The notes under the pieces are model-generated. The model ran no database searches, was not told the origin of the DNA, and worked only from the letters and a program-made list of their open reading frames with translations. Positions 23,613 to 35,723 of a stretch of 64,000 bases of DNA are shown piece after piece. A program made the position numbers and the translations under genes. Source of the stretch: Enoplolaimus lenunculus (Eukaryota); NCBI GenBank assembly GCA_030248215.1, contig JASANG010000443.1:310001-374000 (forward strand), read 5' to 3'. The first letter of the stretch is position 1, and the number at the start of each line of letters is the position of its first letter.

Positions 23613-26197
23613 CAGTACTTCAACTACTTGAGCTAGTTATTATATGATTGTTTACTACGTTGTGTACTACGCTGTGTACCGCGTAGCTACAATACAGTGT
23701 GTATTAAATGTTGACTTTTTGTGTGATTTTATATTAGGATATTCAATATCTTAATACGAGACAGCTCCGACCAATATGGTTTTAAACGTGTGTTCAACGC
23801 AAATACCACAGCAACATATAGCGCAGTCTCAAATTTAAACCAAATATTGAGGTTCACTAGCTAAGTGTTTATATTCCAACATCAAACATAGTTAACAAAA
23901 ATAAGCTGTCATAAAAATTTATGGATTGGGAGTGGAGACACGAGCAAACAAAACAGTGGAAGAGAAAATAGAAAATATTCGTTTCAAGCATACGACGTCC
24001 TATTATGCCGTGCTATAAAATTTTTGCACGAGAAGTAATTTTGGCTATTAAACAAAAAATGTAATCATTTTTAAAGGGTCAGTTTACAGCTATCCAAAAT
24101 TTTGACCCGTATTCCCAAACTTGTGTAACAGCTGTCCCAAGGTACGGTAAATTTTCACGCTAACGGACCTTTGCAATTGCGGACCTCAAAATTTGTTACC
24201 TGCTTTTCAAAACAAATTCTAAGAATGTGCTATAAACAAGCGTAACCATTCTCACTGGTTCGAAAGTGTTATCACTAACTTGTGATAAGTGCCACACTTA
24301 TAACAAATATAAACAATGGCGTAGCCAGGATATTGGTTTGGTGGCTAACATCGTTTTATCTGTTAAAGATACTGCTTTAAACTTCTGAATTTTTTGCGTT
24401 ATTCAAATGATATATTTTCACGACTGAAACTATTACATATTTGAACGTCATAATTTAATACAGGAGCGTGCCTAAGGTTGCCTGTCCCCAAAAATACAAC
24501 TTCAGGCCCTTTTGTAATGGCAAATATAAAAAATTTTGCGGTCGGTATTCGAGGTTGGTACAGTCCACTTCCTCGTGCTAGTGCCGATGTCAATATTAAT
24601 GGTTTCGAGATATATTAAAATTTTATTTCTCAGTACGAAACGCTTAAAGTATTAGCCATTTTCTCTCAGATAAGTGGGCTATGTTTAGTATACAGTGTGC
24701 AAAATTCAACTAGAAAATATTAATGATTTGCCGACTCCAAAGTTTTTACCAATGCCGATACCGATTGTTATTTTCAAATTTTGCTGATCCCAAACCTACA
24801 TATGCCGATACAGATTTCTTTACTAATTTTAATACAATCATGCATCAAAGATCGTTAATAGTATCACTAAATTACATGATCATAAACGCAGACTTAAAAC
24901 CTAACAAGCATTAACAACAATGAAAACTGTTAATTTCGCTCAATTTCATAAATGCACCTTTACGCATCTGCAAGTGTATTGAAAGTCAACATCTCAATGA
25001 CGTATCGACCAATGTGAAAAGCGAACGCGTTTATATATTTGCATGTGGAACAGGACCTGAACGATGGGTATAAATTTTAATTTTGTGCGCCCTGCGTCTA
25101 GTTGTACTGCCGATATTTTTTACAGAATCAGCAATCTTAGTGAATTTTTTTGAAGGCTGTTCCCCGGTTGGTTATGTTTTGGGTTTCTGGGGTCAGACAG
25201 TTGGTATGTTCGGAAATTTTGGCGGTTGTACTTGTGTATACAATAGTGCGCACACACAAGAGTTTAACTTCCGTAAGGAAGCCGTAATTTATTCATTCAC
25301 TTATTTTGTTTTTGGCGACAAGTAGAGAGTCCTAATTGGTTCGGCACTCTACAGGATGGTTTTTGGTGTGATTTTAGTGAGTCTAACCTGCAAATGTTCC
25401 ATAATTTTACATTTTATTTTTGTAAGAAGTACGGATTGATTTTGAGTTAGCACGATCCGTGCTACACCGAGTTTTCTGAATTGTGTACGTACTCCGTGTT
25501 GGGCGTAGGAATTTTGGCTTGATTCGATTTCTTAGGCGATCGTGCAATTTTTATTATAAGATAATTATACAGCGGTTTGTGCTTGTTTTGCTAACCACGA
25601 ACTTAGGAAGTCGTTCCCCGCAGTGCCGACCGAATTGAATTTCTGGGTTCGCTAAATTCCAATATATTCAGCACTAGTTTGCAGCTCCTAGTCATTCCTG
25701 CTGCAACCTTTAGCTGAATTGAAACGGATGTCATTTTGTAGGGGGGGTCAATATTTCATTCCTATATTCGTCGTGTAAATTGACCTATGGGTCTCTTTTT
25801 AATGAGGGTCACTTTTTTACACGACGGTACCATAAAAATCAGACCCCCATGAAAATGTGCCGGGGGGGGGGTCGTTTTTTCACGCGACACCGGGTAATAT
25901 ATGGTGGGGAAGTATTAACGTTCACCGAGTATGAATCATGTCGGTCCCAAAACCAAAGCTTGACATTAAAAGTGTAGGAGTGTTTATTTCCTAAGCGAAA
26001 ATATAAACGCTTTCAAAAACGTGTTCTTCCATTAATATCCAGTAAACCAAGAAGCGTGAAACTGTAACAGTTTACCAAAGGTCTGGCACGTAACGGCAAC
26101 GTGTTGACAGGCCAGGAAGTGTTTATTGCAACTTCAGATCGAGACGGAAGTTTAGACCAATGTTACTTTTAGGGGTATCCAGTTTTTCCGTGGGACC

Positions 26198-26325
26198 GCG
26201 TTACACCAGAGTATAATAGGGCAAATACAAATACTCCTGGCGTTACACCAGAGTATAATAAGGACAAATTCAAATACTCCTGGCGTTACACCAGAGTATA
26301 ATAAGGACAAATTCAAATACTCCTG
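26198..26325. repeat. 42-43-bp tandem repeat, 3 copies
   Basis: GCGTTACACCAGAGTATAATA...AAATACTCCTG at 26198, 26240 and 26283. Confidence 0.9.
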
Positions 26326-26339
26326 ACTACAGCATTACT

Positions 26340-26860
26340 GGCAGATGGAAAAATGGAACAGGCCTGTTTCGGTTAAATGGGAAAACGGGACAGATGCAAT
26401 TTTTCGCTGGGAAAACGGGAAAACGAGACAAGTTTGTTTCGGGCAAATCAGAAATGGGACAGCTGCAAATTTTGGCTGGAAAAAGGAAAAATGGGGCAGA
26501 CCTGTTTCGGACAAATAGGAAAACAAGACAGCTGCTTTTTCTGCAGTTTATCGCTAGACAAACGGGAAAACGGGACAGGTTCGCCTCAGACAAATGTGAC
26601 AACGGGACAGCTCCAAATTTTCGCTGGGAAAGCTAAAAACGGGATAATAATGTGACAGGCCTGTTTTGGGCACATAAGAAACGGGGACAGCTACAATTTT
26701 TCGCTAGGAAAACGCCAAAACTTGACAGGCATGTTTCGGGCAGATGGGAAAACGGGACAGCAGCAATATTTCGCTGAAAAACGGGACATTATTGTTTCTA
26801 ACAAGTGGGAAAACGGAACAACTGCAAATTTTCGGTGGGAAAACAGGACAATGGGACGCA
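26340..26860. repeat. Degenerate ~70-bp tandem repeat (GGGAAAACGGGACAG motif)
   Basis: Recurring GGGAAAACGGGACAG, CAAATTTTCGCTGGG and CCTGTTTCGG blocks; the overlapping ORFs here are repeat artefacts. Confidence 0.7.
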
Positions 26861-27494
26861 AATCAATTCTTTTCATATTGTACAAAATTTGTTTGATCGG
26901 AGGGAGGGGAACGAAGATTTTCGTTGTTGGGGATGCCCCACCTGTCGCTCCTCTCTGTATACCTACGGCCTTGGCAGCCATAGCTGACGTGCATATCACT
27001 GCATTTTAGCACCTGTTATAAAACTGTTCGAATCTTTTCTTTCAAAACACGGGTAGAGTGGAATGTTTCTAAACTAGGGGATGTGGAATGGACCGAAAAA
27101 TCAATTTTTAGGTACAATGTCTGGCCCCAGTCTATTCGGGAGTGGCACACCAGCCAAGTTCGGGGGAACGGCCACCCAATCGTGTGAATGCCATTGTATA
27201 ACGATACGTTTTCTTTGGGAAACGGGAAAATGGGGAGGTATATTACGAAAAACGCGACTGCAAAATTTTTGTTGACTTTGATTTTATCAGGGGTGCCGCC
27301 CCCATGCACCCCCCCACATATAGAAGAATCCTTAGCACAGGATGCAGGACTGCCACCCATCAAACCCCCTGCACTAACGACCTTGCTAACCAACCCACAA
27401 ATAACGACAGTTTAATATGGACAAACAGGAATAGCAAATGCTGCTCTCCAGCAGTACTGCTGTTCCGCGCGAAAACGGGACGCCCCTGAAAGTA

Positions 27495-28121
27495 CACTGT
27501 AAATTTCAGTGAAATGATTTTAACTCAGAATGAGTTGAATCACTCAGCCTGTGTTAGGACTATCAGAACTCAGAATTTCGAGTTGATTCAATTTATTCTG
27601 AGTTAATTAATCAACTCACCCGGAGTCAATTCAACTCAGTGTGAGAATCAACTCAACTCACAGTGAGTTAATGTTTACTAACCAACTCGATTGCTGCATT
27701 GACTAATCAACTCATACTTTGTATAAATATTTTTGTTCTTGCTACTGGGTTTGCTTGTACAAAATTTTACGAAATTCGAAAAAAATTATATTAAAAGGAA
27801 TAACCGTTGTCATATACCCGCAAAATCACTATTTCAGACGGGTAATAAAGCTTAAAATTATTTTTGAATTTTAATTCTTAAAATTGCGTTCTGTTAGTTT
27901 TAATTAATCAACTTACACAAATAGTTAGTTATCTTTGAGTAAATAAAAGTTAACTTTAACTCACTCTGAGATGAGCTGATTATCACTGTTATAGTTGAGT
28001 TGATTAATTAAATCAGAATGAGTTGAATTAACTCAGAATTTTGAATTGTGATAGTTCTAACTACAGACTGAGTGATTCAGATCATTCTGAGTTGAAATCA
28101 ACTCATTGGAATTTTACAGTG
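27495..28121. mobile_element. Long family-B CACTG element with two inverted arms
   Basis: CACTGTAAA...TTTACAGTG ends with TA on both sides; ~220-bp arms in inverted orientation around an AT-rich spacer. Confidence 0.6.
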
Positions 28122-28631
28122 TATGCTTACATTATATATAGTTAACGTCTTCATGGGCCGTAACCGTACATTAAGCATATTCCTAAACCTATAATAGTCC
28201 GAAATTTAAGCCTACTCTTTTACCGTCCCACCAGAAATTGTGACGTACCTAGAAGTAACATGGGCCGATATATTTATGTCATGCAGAGCAGTGCCACGTT
28301 TTGGCGACCAAGTTTAAAGTCGAATAGATGTTCAGGGCGGTACATGACTTATATTTACAAGCAAAAAATATATTTATATATAAATATATAAATATATATA
28401 TTTATTATATATAAATATATATGTATGTGTATATTAATTTCATGGCATTGACTCTAAGAGATTTTTAAATTTTAATTTCGCTTTTTCAAACATACTCAAA
28501 AAATCACTATATATACCGTTTTTCACCATATTTACTTTATTCTTATATTGGCCGGACACAGGGACTCATCAACTAAAAAGACAGTGTGGCTCCAGAATCC
28601 CTTTAATTCATTTCTGTCTGAAACGATATTT

Positions 28632-28860
28632 GGCCCACGTATAGAACAGGACCGGATCGTTTTCCGGAGGGCCCAATTTTTTTGCTTAAGATTAGGTTTA
28701 GGCCTAGGCTTAGAAATAGGCTCATCCATACGCTTAGGCTTATGCTTAGGTTTAGGCTGAGGAATAAGCTCATCCATACGCTTAGGCTTAAGCTTAGGAT
28801 TAGGCTTAGGCTTCGGAATATGCTTATACTACGGTTCCGGCCCTGTTCAATACATGAGCC
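28632..28860. mobile_element. TTAGGC-bearing Merlin-like MITE (GGCCCATGTATAGAAC subfamily)
   Basis: Inverted ends GGCCCACGTATAGAACAGG / CCTGTTCAATACATGAGCC; flanks ACGATATTT and CCGATATTT. Relatives at ~2567-2746, ~33109-33268, ~38658-38861 and ~47296-47453. Confidence 0.7.
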
Positions 28861-31800
28861 CCGATATTTTCTGGTTGAACAGTCGTTAACGATATTCCAA
28901 TTCTTAAAACGCAGTGTAATTTTTAAGTCGTTTTTGAGCGCTGGCCCCCAGTATATCCAAATTCTTTGATACACTACCGGTTATGTCCGATGTAAACAAC
29001 AGGGTCGTAACAGGAGGTATAAGCATATTCCTAAGCCCAGGCCTAAGCCTAAGCGTAAGAATAATCTTATAATTAGCCTAATGTCTAAGCCAAAAAATCA
29101 TTCTAAAAAGCCTAAGTCTGAGCCTAAGCCAAGCAAGAAAATTAGTCTAAAGCTTTTAGCTTTCTCTATTATTGCAGTCTCGCAGAAAAACGTTGCATCG
29201 ACAGGCGTGAAAACTCAGCTTTTCTGCGTTGATTAACCAGATTTGCAACGAGCTCGTATATACAGAGATCATAACAAGGTATTTGGGACCGGAATAATTG
29301 ACAAGGGACCTCAAAAGCGACAACAAACTCTGACATTTAATATTTGTTTTACGAACCTTCTCGACAAATTTGCAAATTTTGCGTCAAACATATGTCAAAA
29401 TATTCGTTCGGTTAAATTTCAATTCTAAAGAGATTTTAGATGTTTTGTAAGACAAACCACAGCGTTAGAAATTTCAACGAATTGTCTAGCAGTACACACA
29501 AAAAAGTATTTTTGAATTTATTCAGAAAAGTGTTTTCTGTGGCAAATCTGAAAAGTTTTGCTGATATTTAAGACAATTTTTCTTAAAATAACTGAAAAAC
29601 GTTTATTTTCAGACTTTATTTCAAAACCTTTTTTGGAAACATTTCTGTTATAACAGAAATACTTTTCAAGTGCACCCTGCTAATCATATTTCTCAAATGT
29701 AAGAAAAATATCAGAAATATTATTTTGAGTGTAGGAGCGTAAACGGTCAACATCACCCAGCAGCGTTATAACAACACTGCAAATTCCAGTGAGTTGATTT
29801 TAACTCAGAATGAGTTGAATCCCTCAGTATGAGTTTAGCACTATTAGAGCTAACAATTCTATTAAGGTGATTCAACTCGTTCAGATTTAATTAATCAATT
29901 CTCCCGGAGTCTACTCAACTCACAGCGAGCATTAATCCAACTAAGAGTGAGCTAAAGTGAACTGTTATTAACTCATATATAACTAACTTTCCGTCTGAGT
30001 TGATTAATTCAATCATTGGAATTTACAGTGAATGTATTACCCAGTCTGCTAACATAGGGGTTTTACCCTTTCAGGAGTTTCACTGCCACTGTAAATTCCA
30101 GTGAGTTGACTTCAACTCAGAATGAGTTGAATATACTCAGACGCCTGAGCTCTGAATAAGGTCTTTCAGAGCTCAGAATTCTAAAATCCAAACAGAGTGA
30201 GTTAATATTTACTGTTATTAACTCAGAAATCAGCAGAAATAACTAATTCTCTCTGTGATTTCATTAATCAACTCACTGGAATTTTACAGTGTACTTGGAT
30301 ATGATTCCACATATATTTCAGATATACTAAAAAATTTCGAACAATAAACAACGAATAACTTTTATAGGTATATCGAGCTGAGACCTAGTGAATGATATGA
30401 ACAGCTCCACTCGAATGTCCTTGGGGACCACGCCAGAGTGTGATGTGGGTAAGGATTTTTTACCCGACCCACGCTTTTCCCAGGCAAATACAAATTTTTT
30501 ACCCGCGGGTTTACCCACGCTAAAAAGATCTACCCACGACACATCTTTAACCCGCGACTGAAGTTAAACCAGTATTTTAAAGATCGCTGGCGATTTGCAC
30601 TAAAATGAAGTTTTGCGTTATAGCTCCAATGAATCTTACACCTGAAAGCTTTGACTAGAAACAACAAAATTTCAAATCAAGTAAACGAACCGCAGAACTT
30701 TTGGTTGAAAGGTTGCGTGCGGGTAAAAACTATCAATTTTTTACCCGAGTGATACAAATTATTACCCGCGTGTATACACACGGCTAAAATTCATTTACCC
30801 GACCCGCATTTACCCGCGGGTACGCGTAGGTACTCGCTGGTAACGTCCTACTCCTGATCACACGTGTACGTCTGCACGTCATTGGACGTCTCTGTGCGTC
30901 ACTGCGCGATTTCGTTTCAATAGAATATGACGTCATACAAAAATATTGTTTTGGTCGCTAGAATCTGTACAAACTTAAACCCGGCCCCGTGTGTACACCG
31001 CTGATTGGTTGACTCGGTGAATATTACTCGAGTGTCTCCGAGGCAATAGACACCCGATGTCCATACCACAGGATATTGTCGGGGTTTTAATTTCAACTCT
31101 GGTTTACGGTCATGTAAAATTGCTCTTCCCAACGACATTTTATTTCAAAGTTTAATTGAAACAAAATGTTGAATTAAACTTAATCTATTATTTTGGTCTT
31201 TAAGCTGATTTACAGAACAACATATGTTTTTTGCTTCTAAAATTGTCTAGTCTGAGCGCAAGGTTCGCATTAACGTGGCCCATGTATAAATCTGTAGCAG
31301 ATCGTTTTCCGACGGGTCTGCTATGGACTAATCTTAAGTTTTATGCTAGTTTTTGCTTAGGCTTAGGTTTAAGTTCGTCTAACGTATAGGCTTGTTGTTA
31401 GCTAGGTGTAGGCTTAATAGGCTTAGGCTTGTGCAATATCAGTTATGTCCAGTTACTGACCCAGGGTTTTCTGATGGAAGACAACAGTTTACTGCAGATG
31501 GGCACAGGATATCCGGATATGAATCCGAAATGAAACGTGTATCCGGATATCCGAATATCCGGATATACGAAATGCTTTTGTCTAAAATTTTTTTCGAATA
31601 ATTTGCATGGTTTCACCACCAAAGTAGCTGGAGCTGACGAAGAAATTCTGTATCCAAACCTCAGTCAGAATATTAAACCACATTCTTGCTCAATTGTTCC
31701 ATGATCATTCAAAATCTTTATTTCTTAAGCAAAAATTGTAATAATAGAAACCTCTAAGGCCCTAAAAGTAACATGGGCCTGAGTTTCTGTAAAATTCGAT

Positions 31801-34059
31801 ATACGGCTGGGTTTCACACAGGTCTAGCTTTATCCGTAAATTCAATGCAACGCTAATTTACCTCTGGGACGTTTTAGCGGTTTTATTTAACACAAAGTTT
31901 TTCTGAGTTAACACTTCATGTATCCGAGAATGATGACAGCAAGTTTACTGAGAACAGTATGACATAGACTACAGATGAACGCTGGATATCCGGTCCGGAT
32001 AAGAAAAATGTCTAACGACCCCTACCTTACAATTTGTTCCCACACCCCACATAAATTTTTTGTGATAAAATGATAAGGTCATTTATTACCATACAGTGTG
32101 TCCTCTCATCATACTTTCATTATAACATAGGGTCCTACCTTATAATTTTCCCGCTAAGAAAATTTTTTGGAGAAAAATTGCGTTTCAAAATATTTACCAT
32201 CCCGCCCATTTATAAATTTCTAGATCCGCTGCTGAAAGCGCGACACCAGTATAAGTAACATGGACCGATGTTTGTACGACTTAGCGTAAGGGTATTTCAA
32301 TCTGGTTCTTTGTTCTTGTACCTAAAACGATTCAAGTGTATATAGTTCGAGGGAAGGGATATATTCGATTGAATCTCTATTGCAGTGGTTTAAATAAGGC
32401 AAAGTACAAGCCAAATCAACTCAATTTTAAGTTGTCAACGCAAGTATTTATTTAGTATTCTGTAGCAATCTTCTAAACTGAATACCCAGAACTAAAAGGT
32501 GGGACTGATATTTATTTGACCTCTCCAGAGGTACCACCTTTATTCGGTTACGAACTGTTATTTATTTTTAACCCACGATCCGCCACCCTTCGTTACTGAT
32601 ATATTTTTGGTCCTGGATTCATTTATGCGCTACAATTAGGAATAATTGACATTTATGGACTCTAACTTACGGACTCCTATTGATTGGGACTCAAAATGGG
32701 TACCCCCTCTTATTCGGGTCACTGCAGTACAGCATAATAAATACCGATTTTTAGGATTGCATCTTTTATGCTCATATCAATTTGCTTGAGTGTGAGGGTC
32801 CTTCCTTTAGAGCAACAAGTTAAAACGAGTGCTTAACAAACGAAAATTGAGGTTCAGAAACTCAAAAACCACAAAATCGAGTCTCGGATATCCGAAATAG
32901 AAAATTTCATTTCGGATATCCGGATATATACGGATATCCGTATATCCGGATAGATATCCGGCAAGAATTGCCGGATATCCAGATATGAAAAAATATCCGA
33001 TGCCCATCACTACAGTTTTCACGTTTTGTGTTAAAATTTTTTTAACTGTTTTTATATTTTCCATTTGCATATCTCCACCGGCCGCGCTGTATTGCCGTTT
33101 GGCACACTGGCCCATGTAAAAAGATCAGGGGCGGAACGTTTTTCATTGGGACTTGAAAAGAAAGCTTAAGCTTTAGACTAATTTTTTGCATGGCTTAAGC
33201 TTAGCCTTAGGCTTAAATTTAGGAACATGCTTAATACATTCCCGCCCCGGTTCTTTAATATATCGGCCGGCACCCTTAAGGCACAGTTAAGGCACGCTGC
33301 GGTATGCAATAGCTGTGCATCAAACGGCTACGGAACGCTGGGACGCGCACAGCCGGGCCTGAAGTGTGCAGAACATTTATACACCGGAGGCACGGCGGTT
33401 GTAGCACGGCTCTTAACTATGAAAACTGTGGTGTATTAAATCTAGAACGCCCCACATACGTATTTGGGCAGCGTTCCAGCAGATTTGTATATCCATATGC
33501 AATTTTGCTTCAATACTTCTAGTTGAAAATTCTGAAGATAGAAAGTTGTTGTTTACTTTTCCTTTGTGCTGTTATTTTGTAAGACTATGCCTGTTTGCTT
33601 AATGTGTATATTTTAACATGTATGTAATTTGTACATTGTCTTATAAGCAAGCATCAATTTGGGACAAGTATTTTCCTCTGCGAATGGTTGATCCCGCTAT
33701 CCATCATTGCTGCCGGAGCCACACAGACTAAAACCTTGTATTGGAATTGAATATACAATTGTCAATCAAGTTTCAAGGCTTAAGTACAGACTTACTTGAA
33801 CAAAATGCTTCCAGGCATATCCCCAAATACTGTGTATTTTAAGAGAGGTGAACATGTGTGCAACTACAAATTACTAGTATTATTTATTGACCGTGTTAAA
33901 TATGTTCATTCCGACATCATTGTATTCCCAATGAATTTATTATTACTTGACGTACAATTTGTCTCACCAAAATTTTTAGCACCCCACCTGTAAAGCGATG
34001 CACTTTTTTCAACACCAGTCTCCCCATTTAGATTTATTCTTGATTTTGACCAAAGCAAG

Positions 34060-34741
34060 GGCCCATGTATAGAACAAGGCCGGAGCAGTAGTATAAGCAT
34101 ATTTCTAAGTCTAAGCCGGCCCATGTATAGAACAAGGCCGGAGCAGTAGTATAAGCATATTCCTAAGCCTAAGTCGGCCCATGTATAGAACAAGGCCGGA
34201 GCAGTAGTATAAGCATATTCCTAAGCCTAAGTCGGCCCATGTATAGAACAAGGCCGGAACAGTAGTATAAGAATATTCCTAAGCCTAAGCCGGCCCATGT
34301 ATAGAACAAGGCCGGAGCAGTAGTATAAGCATATTCCTAAGCCTACGCCGGCCCATGTATAGAACAAGGCCGGAGCCGTAGTATAAGCATATTCCTAAGC
34401 CTACGCCGGCCCATGTATAGAACAAGGCCGGAGCAGTAGTATAAGCATATTCCTAAGCCTAAGCCTATGCCTAAACGTAAGGATGAGACTATTCCTAAGC
34501 CTAAGCCTAAGCCGAAGCAAACAAGTTAGTCCGAAGCTTAAGCTAACTCTTTTACAGCCTCACCGGAAAACGATCCGGCCCTGTTCTATACATGGGCCGC
34601 CTAAGCCTAAGACTAAGCGTATGGATGAGCCTATTCCTAAGCCTAAGCCTAAGCCTAAGTAAAAACATTAGTCTAAAAGCTTAAACTGACTCTATTATAG
34701 CCCATCCGGAAAATGATCCGGCCCTGTTCTATACATGATCC
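34060..34741. mobile_element. Self-nested Merlin-like MITE with seven tandem 58-bp 5' ends
   Basis: Outer TSD AAAGCAAG; heads GGCCCATGTATAGAACAAGGCCGG at 34060, 34118, 34176, 34234, 34292, 34350 and 34408; two 3' ends at 34598 and 34741. Confidence 0.85.
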
Positions 34742-35529
34742 AAAGCAAGTTAATTTGAGCGTAGCTAAGTAATTTTAAAGCATAATTATATGTATATATA
34801 TGTATATATATATACTAGACTTACATATTAAACTAAAAATAAACTTAAGAACAGATTAATTTGTGATAATCTGCTATAAGAACAGTCTTTGACAACTTGT
34901 TTGAAAATTTCATTCAGTTAGTTGTCATATTTCAAATAGTGGAATGAGATAAACTTAATATAATTTGAAGAAATATGCTAAATTTAGAAAAAAAACTGAT
35001 GCTTTTAGTTCGACGGTAGCTCGATTTATATAACCTGCGGTCGATCGGTGCTACACAGATTTGAGAATACAAGCATGAAGACTAAGCAAAAAACCGTTTA
35101 GACTGTAAAAAATGGTTAGTCAAATTGACTCTCTCACCAAACAATCTGTGTCAAATTCGATTCCGCCAGAGTCAAATTCGACACTCACTGAGTCGCACGT
35201 TTGACTGCGGCGGAGTGGAATTTAACTCAGATTGAGTAGTCCGATAGAGCTTATTTCGGACAGAGTCAAATTGACTCACCATTTTTTGCAATGTATGCTT
35301 GCGTTTCTAAGTCTTATGTTCTCGCATTCAAGCAGGGTGCATTCACGTAAAACACAGACTTGCGGACAACGTTGCAAACCTGTACGCCATAACCTTGTTC
35401 TTTAAAATAGTGGATATTAAAGCCAGCTAAAATGTGGCATTGTCAGGAACACATTGTCGTACCTAGGCACACAAATTTTTGATGGATTATAAACCTAACC
35501 ATCATCTTTTCAATTTTCACCAAATATGC

Positions 35530-35680
35530 TAATATTATTAAAAATAATAATAGTAAAAATACTAATAATAATAATAATAATAATAAAAATAATATTAAAT
35601 GATAAATAATAATAATCATAATAATAATAATAATAATTAATAATAATAATAATGAAAATAATAATAATAATAATAATAAC

Positions 35681-35722
<42 letters not shown>
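35530..35722. repeat. (AAT)n microsatellite
   Basis: Direct reading of the sequence. Confidence 0.95.

Positions 35723-35723
<1 letters not shown>

Noticed and set aside
28532..28974. Cluster of short ORFs with LGLGL/KPKPK/LSLSL repeats (and similar ORFs across the window)
   Set aside because: These are frame translations of TTAGGC-bearing and CACTG MITEs.
35443..35682. Hydrophobic Leu/Ile-rich ORF resembling a membrane protein
   Set aside because: It is a translation of the (AAT)n microsatellite.
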